From contig NMRA01000141.1 of assembly GCA_002633005.1 (NCBI GenBank), forward strand, positions 421,609 to 485,608: DNA of 64,000 nt. The letters run 5' to 3'. The notes under the pieces were generated by a model, which did no database searches, was not told the DNA's origin, and saw nothing but the letters and a program-made list of their open reading frames with translations. This document shows positions 26,301 through 39,600 of the stretch, piece by piece. The position numbers were made by a program, and so were the translations under genes. This stretch comes from Phoronis australis (taxonomy: Eukaryota; Animalia; Phoronida). How positions within the stretch are numbered: position 1 is the first letter of the stretch; each line of letters opens with the position of its first letter.

Positions 26301-29300
26301 CATTTTTCTCGACTCACCTATGTCAGCTCAAGCTCATTAAACCATTAATGTATCACACAAACATCAACCAGACACTAAACTGGAACACCTTTTGAAAGTC
26401 TCATTTTGTGGCTGACTCGCAGCACTGACCTTTACCTTGTTGATATGAATTTCGGTAGGAGGTTACGAGTTTTGTGAATTATTATTCTTCCCAAGAAGTT
26501 GTAATTATGGGCATCAAGTTGTAGTAAACACTTATATTGTTATGGTTCCAAACTGTTTTTTTTTTTGCGAAATTATATACAGAACATTTTGCGTTTGCCT
26601 TGTGGCACACTTGTTAGAGTTATCCCCAACTAACACACGTGCAGGTAAGCATTTGTTAGCATTTACATCAAAACTCTAGGTGTTATCTCTTAAATTATTT
26701 GAGTCAAAAAGTGTATAGCATATATTCTCAGTCTGCACCAAACTGCTCACATAACACTTTTGTTTAGTTTAAAAACTCATTTATTTGACTTCATGGTTTA
26801 TCTATGTCACTTATTTAGGTCAGAAACTCTACCAAGATTGATTCGCCAATTCAGACATCAACCAGCTGCTCTACAACTTTCAAAATTGGTGCAAGGATAA
26901 AATAAAGAACAACACTTGGTGACTGTGAGATAATTTTACTAATTCTTTCAAATTTCTCCCAGTACTATCTATTACTAATGATGTCGCAGGGCACGATTGC
27001 TATTTTTTACGACATCTTTCGGGACACAACAACAACTTCGCAGAAGCAAAATTTGCTCAGAAATTCCATAACATTATGAAACCAATTCCAATAATTTGTA
27101 GTGATACGTATGCTAACTTGTGGAAGAAGAATTGTTGATTGAATAATTGGCAAAACAAGTTGGCCAATAGTGCTTTGGAATGACATCATCAATTAGGTCA
27201 TCTGCCATGTTGGAGGACAAACATGCCAGCACGGCAGAATTTACTCAGTATATGATGAATTTTTGTGCAATAGTTTGCTGTTAGAGCGCAAGGGTGATAG
27301 AGATGTTATGTCGTTCGATTGTTTTCCAAAAATATTGACCACCAACGGAAAATGACCGAAGAGTTGTCTATGAATAGGGCAGTCGAACCAAGAAATTTTT
27401 TCGTTTTGAAGAAATTCTTCAATATCATCACAAAGAAAACGCATCCCACACAACAAAAATCTCAAATTTATCAAAATCAGGTTAAGCAGTAGGAAGTTAA
27501 ATTGCAACTTTTGTGGCAAAATTTGGGTCACTCGTTTAGATCAGGAGGTCATCTTGGACAACACTGGCATAAGTTACGAGTTTAAAACTGTTTAAAAAAT
27601 TATTTTCGCCAACATTTTACAGAGAAATTTAGTGAGACATATCTTTATCTACAATTCTGTAAGAGTCAATGTTTTTCGCCAGAATTTAGTCATGCCACGT
27701 AACTTATTGAGTGATAAAGGGTTCACAATTCTGGCACTAAAAACATTGGTGATTTTGCTGAACTAAAAGATGTGTTCAACTGTCTACTTTGTAATTTAAC
27801 TAGGATACATTTTGTTATAAAAAAGCACTGTTGTACAACTTTCATGTTTTGGTACTAAAAAAGGAATATTCTAATTATAATTTCACTGTAAATTGCCCAG
27901 ATTTCAAAAGTGTCACAACTCTTTGGTTACTTTTGTATAATGATTGTTGTATTATTTCGACAGGGGGGTGGGGCTCTCAAAACCAAACGAAGAATTTTTA
28001 TTTTCATTTTTGATGTACAATTTTACAATTTTCCGATTTATGTACAATTTTCCGATCTAATTTAAAACATTACCAAAAAGACAACATTACAAAAACTAAG
28101 ACTTTTGGCGAAAAAATAAAAATTCTTCATCCAGATTCTGGAAACTGACATGATTTTCACAATAATCACAACCCTTTATTGGCCCTATCCTATTGCTGCA
28201 ATGCGTCAAAATTGGTCAATTACTGGTGCCGTTCATTATGCATTGCATGAATTTTGAACTCAGGGTCGAAAGCAAACATACCGTGGAATATGAAAATGTA
28301 GCTGAAGTCCGTGCAAACTTTTGGAATTAAGAAACTGCATGTTTCTGGATCTACTAATGTGAGTTTTTTTTCACAAATTAACTTTTCACACCCCTTAAAA
28401 ATTTTTAAATTTGTACATTCAGCATGGCGAAATCATCAATCCCAAAAGCAAAATGTTCCCTTGACTCTATGTTCTACTGTCTCGATTTTCCCCATTCTGC
28501 TGTTGACATTTTATAGGGAGTTATGCTTCTGATAAATGTCAATAGCGGTTGTATGTAAGCCGATCACCAGCAGCTAACAAATCACGATAACTTCAGAGTC
28601 TTGCTATCCTTTACTACTGCCATTGCTTGTCCTCTAGCACGGTGCACTTCTGGGTACTGATAACATCTGGGAATAGCAAACACCCTCTAGGTGATACTCT
28701 ATTTCGTGGCCCTGAACAGCACCGAATGCATGACATTGCTACACAAATTTAGCAGCAGAATAATGGCACAATGGCAATATTTTAGCACCAATAACTAATT
28801 TAGTTTACTTAAGGAAGAGTGTATTTTTGATAACATTAATTTTGCATCCAGTTTTATTGATCATTTTTTACTCACATAACGCATGGCCATGCCAGTGGGC
28901 GCACACATTGCAAGCCCGAGCCTATACCGTCAGGTAGTATGATCATCACCTCCACCACACATTTCCAGCGAAGAATCGAAGAAAAATATCAGTTCACGTG
29001 TTGGTAGAACATAAAATATCACTATTGAGTTGGAATTCTAGTTTGCATATGATCAAGGTCCTCGGATGGCGAGTCAGAAACGAGTTCCCAAAGGCCCACG
29101 CCACACTGGGTCACAATGCCTGGCAAGAACACAACGGCCGGTAAAAAATGTTACCTGTTGTTAGCAATTCTGTTGGTCAGATTTCTGAAAAGAGTTTCAA
29201 ACACATACCTTAACCTCACAATCTTTCAAGTGAGTGCAATAACGAGCAGCGTTCTATTCAATATTTGTGATTTTCAAAGAAAAAAACTCTGGCATGAAAT

Positions 29301-29933
29301 ACAAACGTGAGTACTCCAGTCCAGGGCTTTCTGAACTTTCACCCCGTGACCGGTCACAGAACACAATGTAAAAACAAAACATTTTTCTCATACAGAATTT
29401 TCAGTCATAATGAAATATCTTATATTTTGTTTGTTTCTCAAGAGCTCTACTTCACAAATTGACAGGACCTGGTGATAATGTAAAACTTAAAATTGTGTTT
29501 TAGTTGTTTGAAGAGGCCTCAGCAAGAGGGGGGAAAGGATTGACGGCGTAGCAGTGTCAAAGGATATTTGGCCAAGGTTACGATGAGTTAACCTTATTTT
29601 TAAGTATTTAATAATTTTGGCTTAAATTTAAATTATGAAGCCTTTTCCTAATGACAACCGATAAATTTTCATAAAATATTGTTGTCTTTACCCCCTTTTG
29701 TATAAAAGGAATAATCCAAGATGTCAGCCTCCGTGATGTCACCTATTGCCTTTCTGTGAACTTGTTGAATGTTTACATCAGTGAAGTCTGAGGTCACATG
29801 TCGGTTTGCCTCTGCAGCTTTTAAAACTTCCCTCGTTTAATAGGTATGCGCATGGAGTTAATATAATACATAATAATTATACAGGCACGGTTGTACAATG
29901 CTTGCGGCTCATTTGACATAGTGACTGATTGAA

Positions 29934-30312
29934 TGTTGTGGCCTAAGACTAAGTAAGGCTAAGTTTGAGCGTTTGGTTAGCTAATTGCTGTAATATACTG
30001 CTATACCAGCCATTGTTTCAGTAATGCTAGGACCTAGCTAAAGTCTAGCCAAAGTCTCATGTCCTTACTTGAAATACATGGCAATATCTTGCAAAGTCTT
30101 GCTTTTTAGCGAGGTCCTAGCGTTACTGAACGGGAGGCTGATCTTTCTTTTCCCCATCACAGGCGTCCTCCGCTTCTGATCGCCCCCAATGAATAACAAG
30201 TCTGCACTGGTTGAAGAATAGGCCTACACGATAACTGCTTTATTAGAAACTGTCACATGACTAAGCTACTACAATGCTAGGGAGACCTCTGTTGGTAGAA
30301 CACAGTACAACA
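29934..30312 (-). mobile_element. 3' LTR of the Gypsy element
   Basis: On the minus strand the PPT AGGAAAGAGGAG (30313-30324) is followed directly by TGTTGTAC; candidate end CCACAACA at 29934 gives TGTTGT/ACAACA termini. The left boundary is less certain. Confidence 0.6.
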
Positions 30313-30522
30313 CTCCTCTTTCCTAAATCAAATGTCCCGTTTAACACAAAAGTCCGCTTACTTAAACAATATTACTAATAACATAATAATACTGATGAGT
30401 ATGATCAACAAAACACTGCTGTCTCTCACCATATGATTAAAGTCTGATTACATATGGCAGTCCAAAAACAGATTGAGTCTGTCTAGCGGTCTCCTTTTCG
30501 CGCATCGGGCATCAACGCGTAG

Positions 30523-32420
30523 TTATCCCAGCGGGAGTAGGTTCAATGTCCGCTTGCTGGTTATTTCTCGCACAGTTCCCGGTATCCATTTATGATCATT
30601 ATTCCGATAATCCCTGACCATGACATTATCGCCGTTTCCAAACGTGCGCACTTTACTGTTAATTGATGAGCACATGATGTCCTGTTTATGTTCAACTGTC
30701 CGCCGCAGGTTGGGTTTAATTAAGTCCAGTCTCGCACTTAATTGTTTCCCAGTGAACAGCATCACTGGCGATTCACCCGTTGTCGATTGTGGAGCGTTTC
30801 TGTACGCCAGTAGGAACTTATCCAATTTCGCGTATATTGAACCGGTATCACGGCAAGCCGCTTTCAACGCCTGCTTAAAACTTTGGACAAAACGTTCCTC
30901 TTGTCCATTCGTCCGTGGATGGTATGGCACGGATGCCGTATGCTTAATGCCGTTCGCGATGACAAAGTCCCGAAATTCCTTAGAAACAAACTGTGGCCCA
31001 TTGTCGCTAACTATCCTCTCGGGGATACCATATCTACTAAACAAAGTGCACAATTCCTCGACAGTCATTGCCGCGGTGGTGGTTTTCAACGGAATGACCT
31101 CGGGCCACTTTGAAAAGGCATCCACCACTATCAAAACCATCGAATTCATAAACGAACCTACAAAATCCACATGGATCCGTTGCCATTTCCGCATAGGGAA
31201 CTCCCAAGGATGCACCGGTGCCCCAGGGGGTGCATTCTTGTTTTCTTGGCATCCTGCACAAGATTTGGCCAGGCTCTCAATTTCTGCTTCTAATCAAGGC
31301 CATCAAAAATATGAGTGTGCCAAGGCCTTCATTTTCACTACCCCAATGTGGCCCTCATGTAATACATCCAATACAGCCTTACGTAAGCTTCTGGGGATAA
31401 TCACGCCTATTCCCCACATTAAACAACCTTGGTGCACTGATAGCTCATTTTTCCGGAACTCATGTGGTTTCAGTGATATATCACTATGCGAGTCCCATCC
31501 AAACATTACGTCATGGAACACACGATGTGTAATTCTATCCTTCTGTGTTTCGCGCGCAATTGTGTCAGCCGTCATGGGTAGCACATCGATTTGTGACACG
31601 TGATACACATCAACTGGATCCACATCTCTGTCATCACGGTTATCTGGCACCACACACCTTGACAGCCCATCCGCATTCCCGTGGGCCTTAGTATTCCTGT
31701 ATTCGATCGAATAACTGTGACCACTAAGAAAAATTGCATATCGCTGCAATCTAGCAGCTGCCATTGCCAGTATTCCTTTAACAGGCGAGAAAATAGATAA
31801 TAGAGGATGGGGGTCAGTGACCAGGGTGAAATGCCTGCCACAAAAATTGCTTTACCCCCCCCCCCCCAAACAATGGCTAATGCCCCTTTATCAATCTGCG
31901 AATAATTCCTTTCGGCCTTGTTTAGTGACCGTGAAGCATATGCGATTGGGCGTTCCTCACCCGACGGTAACGTATGCGAAAGCACACAACCCAATACAAC
32001 TGGCGACGCATCGCAAGATAACTTAATTGGCAATGTTGGATCATAGTTTGTCAACACTTGCTTCGAACTCATTATAGTCTTCACCATGACGAATGAATTC
32101 TGACAATCTCTTGACCACGCTCACTTCACATCTTTTTGCAGCAAATTGTGAAGGGATTTTAGCAACGTAGGGAGATTCGGAATAAATTTCCCGTAGTAGT
32201 TCACCAGACCCAAAAACGAACGTAGTTCCTTCACATTCTTTGGCTTGGGGCAGTCCTTTACCGCTTTCACTTTCTCTTCCATTTTGTCCAACCCCTCGGC
32301 ATCAGTGACGTGTCCGCAATATTCTACTTACGTTTTGAAGATGTTGCACTTTTCAAGGTTTGCTTTCAACCCATATTCGCGCAACCGCCTAAGCACGCTT
32401 CGTAGTATATTATTTAGTGT
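30523..32420 (-). mobile_element. Gypsy/Ty3 LTR retrotransposon pol remnant (RT C-terminus, RNase H, integrase), 5'-truncated with stops and frameshifts
   Basis: LRSFLGLVNYYGKFIPNL (RT); LSCDASPVVLG...ERPIAYASRSLNKAERNYSQID (RNase H); HGNADGLSR; LHEGHIG; WQRIHVDF..VVDAFSKWPEV..IVSDNGPQFVS..PYHPRTNGQEER (integrase). Confidence 0.95.
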
Positions 32421-33495
32421 ACTGGGGACGATCAGAAGTTGAGGACGCCTGTGTTCCCCATTTCCATTCAGCCAGCTCCGACTATGAGTCTCCATGATCA
32501 GCTTATAAGAGGGTGTGATAAAGTGGGCTCCACAGTGTTCTCACCAAACATCAGATGTTTTGATGGGAAGAAGAGAGAGGTGATTGAAGAATTGGCAAAA
32601 ACTGAAGTAGTCCAAAATATGTCTTTTTATTTCATGGCTCTCAACGTTGATGCATATGATCGGTCCACAAATTATGGAATAAAAACAGCGTTTTAATAGC
32701 GGTAACGAGGTTAGGAATAATAGAGGTTCTGTAGCTATTTTTGATATACTTGTTCAGTTAGGATATCAAACTTAGTTTTGGCGTACATGACATTCCCATC
32801 TAATTCTCTGAAACCAATACAATGGTCTGCAAGCCTCGGCAACCTTTAAAGGTTTGGAAGAAAATTTGAAAACTCATTTCAAAGTCTGCTTAACGGGCAA
32901 GCATGACCTACGCTCTTAGAGAATTGCACGGCAACTGTTGGGAAAGACGACCCACTAAGGACCATAATATGAAGACGACCCACTAAGGACCATACCATAA
33001 TATGCAATCTGTGACAAAGAGGGTATGAGTCTTTAGCTGATTCTTAATTTTATCTTTCAAGATAAACGCCAATGGTTCATCAGCATGTGACAGATCGAGG
33101 ATTGGTTTAAATTATGAAAACAGGGTTTTGTATCCTTTTAATGGGTTTTCCTGATTTCACCTGCTGTTACACAGTGATTACGTACAATAATGCTTTTTCC
33201 ATCAGGTCATTTAAACACATTAAGTGAATTGGCACGTACTCACATTGTTAGAATTTTATTTTGATGTTTTTCACTCCATCCAATTATCTTTACTAATTTT
33301 CTGGACTACTGGCCGAGTTCAGTGTTTTGGTCTTCCACTGAGGATGTTTTTTCTGTAATAAACTTTCTTCATTATTATTTGCTAGTTTGAAGTTGGTGAT
33401 GACCTACAATTGTGACTGTGCATGTCTTTGCTTCTTCAGTTACAGAATGCCCTTGGTCATGACGACTGGTTAACACAGCTTCTGGCACCGTTCAC

Positions 33496-33684
33496 ATGGC
33501 AAGATTGAAAATTGCCTCGTTTTTCTACGGAATCCTGATCACATGTGTGCTATGGGTCACCTTTCTCTGGGTTTATATCGACGTCATTGTGGACTGGAAG
33601 AACAAACCTGCTGTTGATCATGTCTTTCGTATGAAGATACTCCCCAAATTTGAGAAGACGTGGAAACACGACGATGTTGAGAAG
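33496..33684 (+). CDS. GALNT11: GALNT11-like coding exon 1 (cytoplasmic tail and TM anchor)
   Basis: [30 protein letters not shown]...DDVEK|gtacgt. Confidence 0.88.
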
Positions 33685-36600
33685 GTACGTGTAGGAAGGT
33701 TGTTGGGAGTTTGACATTTTGACAAAGAAATGCCTAAGTGGCTTCAGAAGTTTCTAATGGTAATTTTTGACAGATGTCGTATAGAATAATTGCCAAAATT
33801 ATCATTTTATGCACCGACTTAGATATATGGCCAACATCCTCAGCCATCTGACTGTCTTGTGGCATCCTTTGGTGTATCTCTGAAGTCCATTAGTGGATGT
33901 TTGTAAAATTTTGCAGTCGTGTCCTTATCATGGACAGAACAGCACAAGCAAATTTTTGGACGGGACAATTTTTTGTGCTATGCATTTGCCTGTGTGTCTT
34001 CAGAGTTTCTTGATACATTTTCATGAAAGTTTCCAAAAAGGTAGATAAAGTTTGAGTCTTATATTGGAATAAAAACTTACAAAAATCAACAGCTTGGCTT
34101 GTGACGTTACTGTTTTTTTCTAAAGAGATGTCTGTTACAGGAGATAAGATGGCTTAGTTGTTGTTGGATGAGTTCCGTATATTCTGCGCCACACGATGGC
34201 CATTTTTACCGTTTTGTAGTACACCGGTATCTGCCAAACGGCTTGGGGACCATTATGAAAATTGCCACGTATGTTCCTACTGATAAGGACAAGGGTTGTT
34301 GTTAATTTCTGTATGCCTGTGAACCTCCCCCCCTCTTGTGACAGTTTTGTTTCTTCTGCATCTACATTGTATCTCCCAAGCCCTTCATTGATGGATTTTC
34401 GAATTCCGCATGCATTCTATGAACGTGACGACACGATGATTTTCTGATGGATCCCACTGCTGCAGTTCCCCTTTGTGGCAATTTTAGTGTTTTTACGTTT
34501 TCTGAACCGCAGGCCCAAATTGTCACAATTTGCCCATATTGTCAACAGTTTTTACTATAGTACAGAGTCTGACACAAATTGTCACAACAGCTCAAATTGT
34601 CACAACAGCCCAAATTGTCGTAATGATGTAAGAAGTGTCAGGGGAATATTAGCTACAAAGATTGGATATTGCGCCAGAAAATGCTGTGTTTCCAAACTAC
34701 AACATGAGACTACTGTTTTGGACATACACCTGATGGCAGCAGTAGTGGTTCACAGGTAGATAGCAGCAGTAGTGGTTCACAGGTATATGTGAACGGTCAC
34801 CAGTTTCCATCGTGCACTCGCATAGACTGTTAAAGCACGGTTGTTGAGCATTTTCATGTTCAAGTAGTGGGGGTTGTTAGGGGGATGGGCATTCCCAGAT
34901 GATATCTAGACATTAAAATCCAACCAATTTATGTCAATGAAACTTGATACAGAGGTATATACTCCCAGATAATGATGCTTTCTAGCTTTTTCTGGGCTTA
35001 GTGTAACTCTTATTATCGTACATTGCATTTTTGTTGTAAACATTAAAAAATACAGCGGTATATGATTTCAATGTGCCAGCACCATTTGATTTTCATGTGG
35101 ATTCGGCCATATTGTTGTTTGCCTGTATATCTTTGTATACAAAGGGTGTTGCTCAGCCCTAAGAGAATCCACATGAAGGTCTGATGAAGGTATCCCCAGT
35201 GCTGATGTTTGCCCTCATACCCTTGCAGACAAAGGCTCTTGCTCAGCCCTTAAACACTCCATAGATGGATAAGGCGAAGGTATGCCTAGTATTGATGTGT
35301 GTGCCCTCATACCTTTGTAGACAAAGGGTCTTGCTCAGCCCTTAGAGAGTCCACAGAAAGCTAAGACAAAGGTACCTCCAATATTGCCCATGCCGGGACT
35401 GGAGAATCATTGGAAGGACCGGCCACTACGTGAGCTGGGACTAATTGAGAACAAGCAGGATCTTCAAGTGCGCGATACGGGTGAGTCTATTGTGTGCTTG
35501 TTGTCAAAACTACCATTAAAAGTGATCCGAGAATTCTTCACAACCACGTTTGTTTTTTGGCTAATTAAAGGCATTTGTGTGTTCATTGAAATGAGGTTTT
35601 GGTGAATCTGTTTTTACAGTGAAATATCATCTATTTCAGGCAAAAATAATTGTCAAAATTGGTCTTTGTTTCAATTTTCAAAGGCTACTAAAATTGCCGT
35701 GAATGTTCGCAATTTCTCAAAAGATTGTTCGTTAATACAGAACTTAGAAATGATGAAGTATTAACTTTGTGCTATTTTTTCTCTGTGATACACTTGTCTG
35801 CCATATTGTGTCCTTGATGAGACATTAGTACTTGTAGTACATTTTGCTGAGCATAAGTAACATAGAAGCGCCTGTTTATCAACTGCTGTGGAGTTCTCTT
35901 CCCCATATCGTGTAACGGGGCGCCACCACATTGTCAAAATCTAGGTCAATGCACAATACTTTGAACGGTGGACAAATTTCACTGTGCATGTCTTAAAATG
36001 AGTACGCACTTGCATTTTAAAATGATCTGAAGTAGAATACTGATGAATTATCAACCATGGCACATTCATCAAATCCCCATGTAAAGATAGCATTGCAGTG
36101 TGACGCACACGGCCGGGTCAACACTAAATGAAGTTAGTAGGCCACCCTGTCCCTGCCAGTTCTCATGAAGTCAGAGAATCCCGTTCAGTTTTCTTAAATT
36201 TGAAACCACCGTTGGTCGCCGCAGCCTTGATTCATGCCCCATTTGTTGTCTAAACTTGAGAATATGAGTCGTGATCACACAATCAAAAGTAGAGAACTGT
36301 CAGGAGTTTTGGAATAGTGGAAATTCAAAGTAGTGAATTTTAGAAGGTAATGAACCTTAGGAGTAGTGGACATTCGCAGTATTGAACCTTCGTCATAGTG
36401 ACATGGAACCTTGGAAATCTTTTCCATTAAGTTTGTAGCTCGTATGAAGTCTGCAGGGTTGTGCACCATTGACATTGATTGACTAGAGAAGATTTTCATT
36501 GACCATCATAACGTGAAAATGCTCGACGAGGTATTCTCAGTGCAAGAAAACACGGTAGCTGAATGTCTGGATTTTGAGCACGACAGAGGACTGCCTGTAA

Positions 36601-39600
36601 TGAACTCACTGAATTTAAAAGAACAGAAAAGCTCACATGCGAACACGCATGGATGTCAATCCACCAATCCACAATCAAAGTGGACACTGGATGAACAACA
36701 TACTTGTATATTTGACGATCACTTTCAATTCAAAATTTGAAAACGCCTACACTTCTACCATACTATGCTTGCAATTAAACCAAAATAGCAGAATAACATA
36801 TCTGTTGTTTGCTGTTTGGTTTCTTGGCCGAGTTTAAGGCATTCACGCCAAACTTATTTTTTGGGAGCTCTCTCGTTGCTATATACATGTAGCTTACTTA
36901 GGTCGTAGGGCTAAACTTGTATGCTTAGGTATAGACATTCATTTCTAGACTACCTTGTTGCCCTTTGTTGTAGCCACCAGGAGCGTAGTTTATGAATAAC
37001 ATAAAGCCTCCTGTTATTATATGCATGATCATGTCATCTACACAAACAGTGACACTCGGGTGAATTTGGCCGTGTACGACCCGATGCAACGTGAAGCGCT
37101 GTGAATCAGAAGCAAATTCAAAATTATTACTAACTTAGTTGTCATTGTACTTAGTAGCACCAGTAGCGGTAACAATTTTGGTGTTGTTGTCCATTTATAT
37201 TCTGTCTTTCATACCGTGAATAATACGCTTACAAGGAAATCACGCATTTCTAAAGATATGCGGGAATTTTCACCGCTCGTCCTTCTGAGCGGCTTGTATC
37301 AAAGAGAGCGCGGCGCCGCAATCAGGTACAGTTGTGATGGCCGCATTGCCCGATGCTAGCAAGACCCAATTAAATGTAATTATCCGACCATTGAACTGTA
37401 TTGGACGTCTCTGACTGTACGTAATGGCAAATTTTCAAAATGCATTAACCACTAATTTTTATTATAAACGAACACCACGGCAGTATTCAGCTGGAAAAAA
37501 AGCAACCAAGTATGGTTTTCGATTTTTAAAAATTGATGAACTAATAATCTAAAAACTACAACCATTGGGTACGATTGAAGATAAACTACCGCGCGTATTG
37601 ATATACTCGGTGGATATACAAACGCTGATCAGAGTTAACAATATCACATGGATTCATTTTTTAATATTCTTTCAATCTCGTTTAACCAGATTTTTGACCA
37701 GGAAACAGTTGTTGTGCCCACTTTTCATTTTTTATTACTGACAAAGAGCTAGAATAGTTATATAGTAAGTGCCACCGAAATTGTCCAGAGATTCCAAATC
37801 TTCAGTTTGGTTATCACCATATTTGCACTTTTGTATGTATTTTATGATTTGAGTTTTAATAAAGATTAAACTTTAATGACACGTGAAATGTTTAGTGTAC
37901 CCTTAATGTGGTAAGTTTAGGATGGGCTCACAATGAACTTAACTAATTAAGTTTAGCTGGCGATCAAAATCTACCACTGTTTTGGTACTTCAAGTTCAAA
38001 AGATAAAAAGTTATTAACCCGTTCCCGGTAAGAAAAAAAAAACAAGTGGGCAGAAGCATTAAAAATTAAATAAAGAAAACCAATATGAAACTTATCATTC
38101 CTTTGGGAAGTGGTCCTTTGTGAAGATAAACACAAGTTGACCTTTTTAGTCATTTTGTAATTGATAATGTACCAAGTTAAAACTACTCTCCAGAGTTGCA
38201 GGCTATAACTTTGCAAATGTCAGAGAAAACCAAATTGGGGGTACTAACAACAACCATTGTTGAGACAGTAATGCTAGCTATTACCTTAGTTTCCACTTCA
38301 TTAGCTCAGATCTACATCAGTGCAAAGGGCGTGCTGAATAGGCATCATAAAAGTTGTCTGGGGCTAAGGGAATCAGAGTGGTCATCAGTGTATGCAAGAA
38401 ATTCTCCACATGTTAACTAATATGCTGGGGCTGGACCTTTTCAGCGGGATGGGGACTCTCAAGTAATGATGAACTTTCAGTTCTGTTCTTCCCATAAATC
38501 ACTTGTGGTCTGTGTAAGAAATAACTTGGGACTATTAAAATAATTATTATTACCTGTAGGCGGCCTGGTTTTATTTGATAGCATAGGTTTTAGGCCCATC
38601 TTGGGCTCTTCGTTAGGGTACCGGCAGGGATCTCCGAGTCACTTTTGGGCGGTGCCTGGTGGTCGTCAAAGTCCACCTGGTGACTGTCAAGTGAGAGGAT
38701 GTGTGCCCCGGCGAAGATCCCAAGATGGGCCCGAAATCTAAACTTTCAAAAATATAACCAGGCCACCAATAAGTAACGATCATTATTTCAATACTATGTA
38801 ACAGCGCCATCTATGAACATTTATTCCACAAGTTGAGACCAGTTTTGTATCCAGCGCTTGATTTGACGACTTGCAGATTTCAAAGTTCATCTTCACTTCT
38901 AAATTTTGAATTACTAATAGTTTTCCTAGATTCATTACCTTTGATTAACAAGTGTTCCATTTATTTCATGAAATTAGTGCATTTGCCACAGCAGTCAACA
39001 CATATCAAATGCACTTATAATAAATTACAATAAGTAGACTGAAGTAGAAATTGTTTGGCAAAAATTAGGCAAGGTCAGTGAATTACATGTCATTAGTGTA
39101 TGCGATCGTCTGCGTTCTATGGCTTGTTCCTTTGTGGAGGAATGGAGTTGGAAAATGAATGTACATTTATGCGTAGAAATTGGAGAGGTGCGCATAAGAT
39201 ACAGAGAATGGGGCACGTTATGGATGTACTGCCATCAACGATTTTTACGCCGGATCGGCTACCACCTCAGATTTCATTTAGCGACTTGGGATTTTCAGGT
39301 TTAGCCACCTCAGATTTGGTTTGGCAAAGTCAGATTTTTGCCAGGTCGCCAAATGCGACTTGGTGTTAAGCTAAGTGTCGAGCGCTGGTATCAGTAATGC
39401 GCCTTAAGCAAATGGTAGTTTCTTTTACAGGAGGTAGATTCATAACACATGTATTCCTTAATTCTTTGGCTAAGCTTCCAGTCTAATAATTGGAATGCGT
39501 ACAGAACGTGACGGATTTTCTAATACACCTGTTGGTAACTCTGTTTTCTGTTCTTTTCAACAGGCTACAGGTTGTATGCTTTCAACCAGTTGATAAGTGA

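Noticed and set aside
30620-31603. 327-aa plus-strand ORF, the longest in the window
   Set aside because: Antisense shadow of the Gypsy integrase region.
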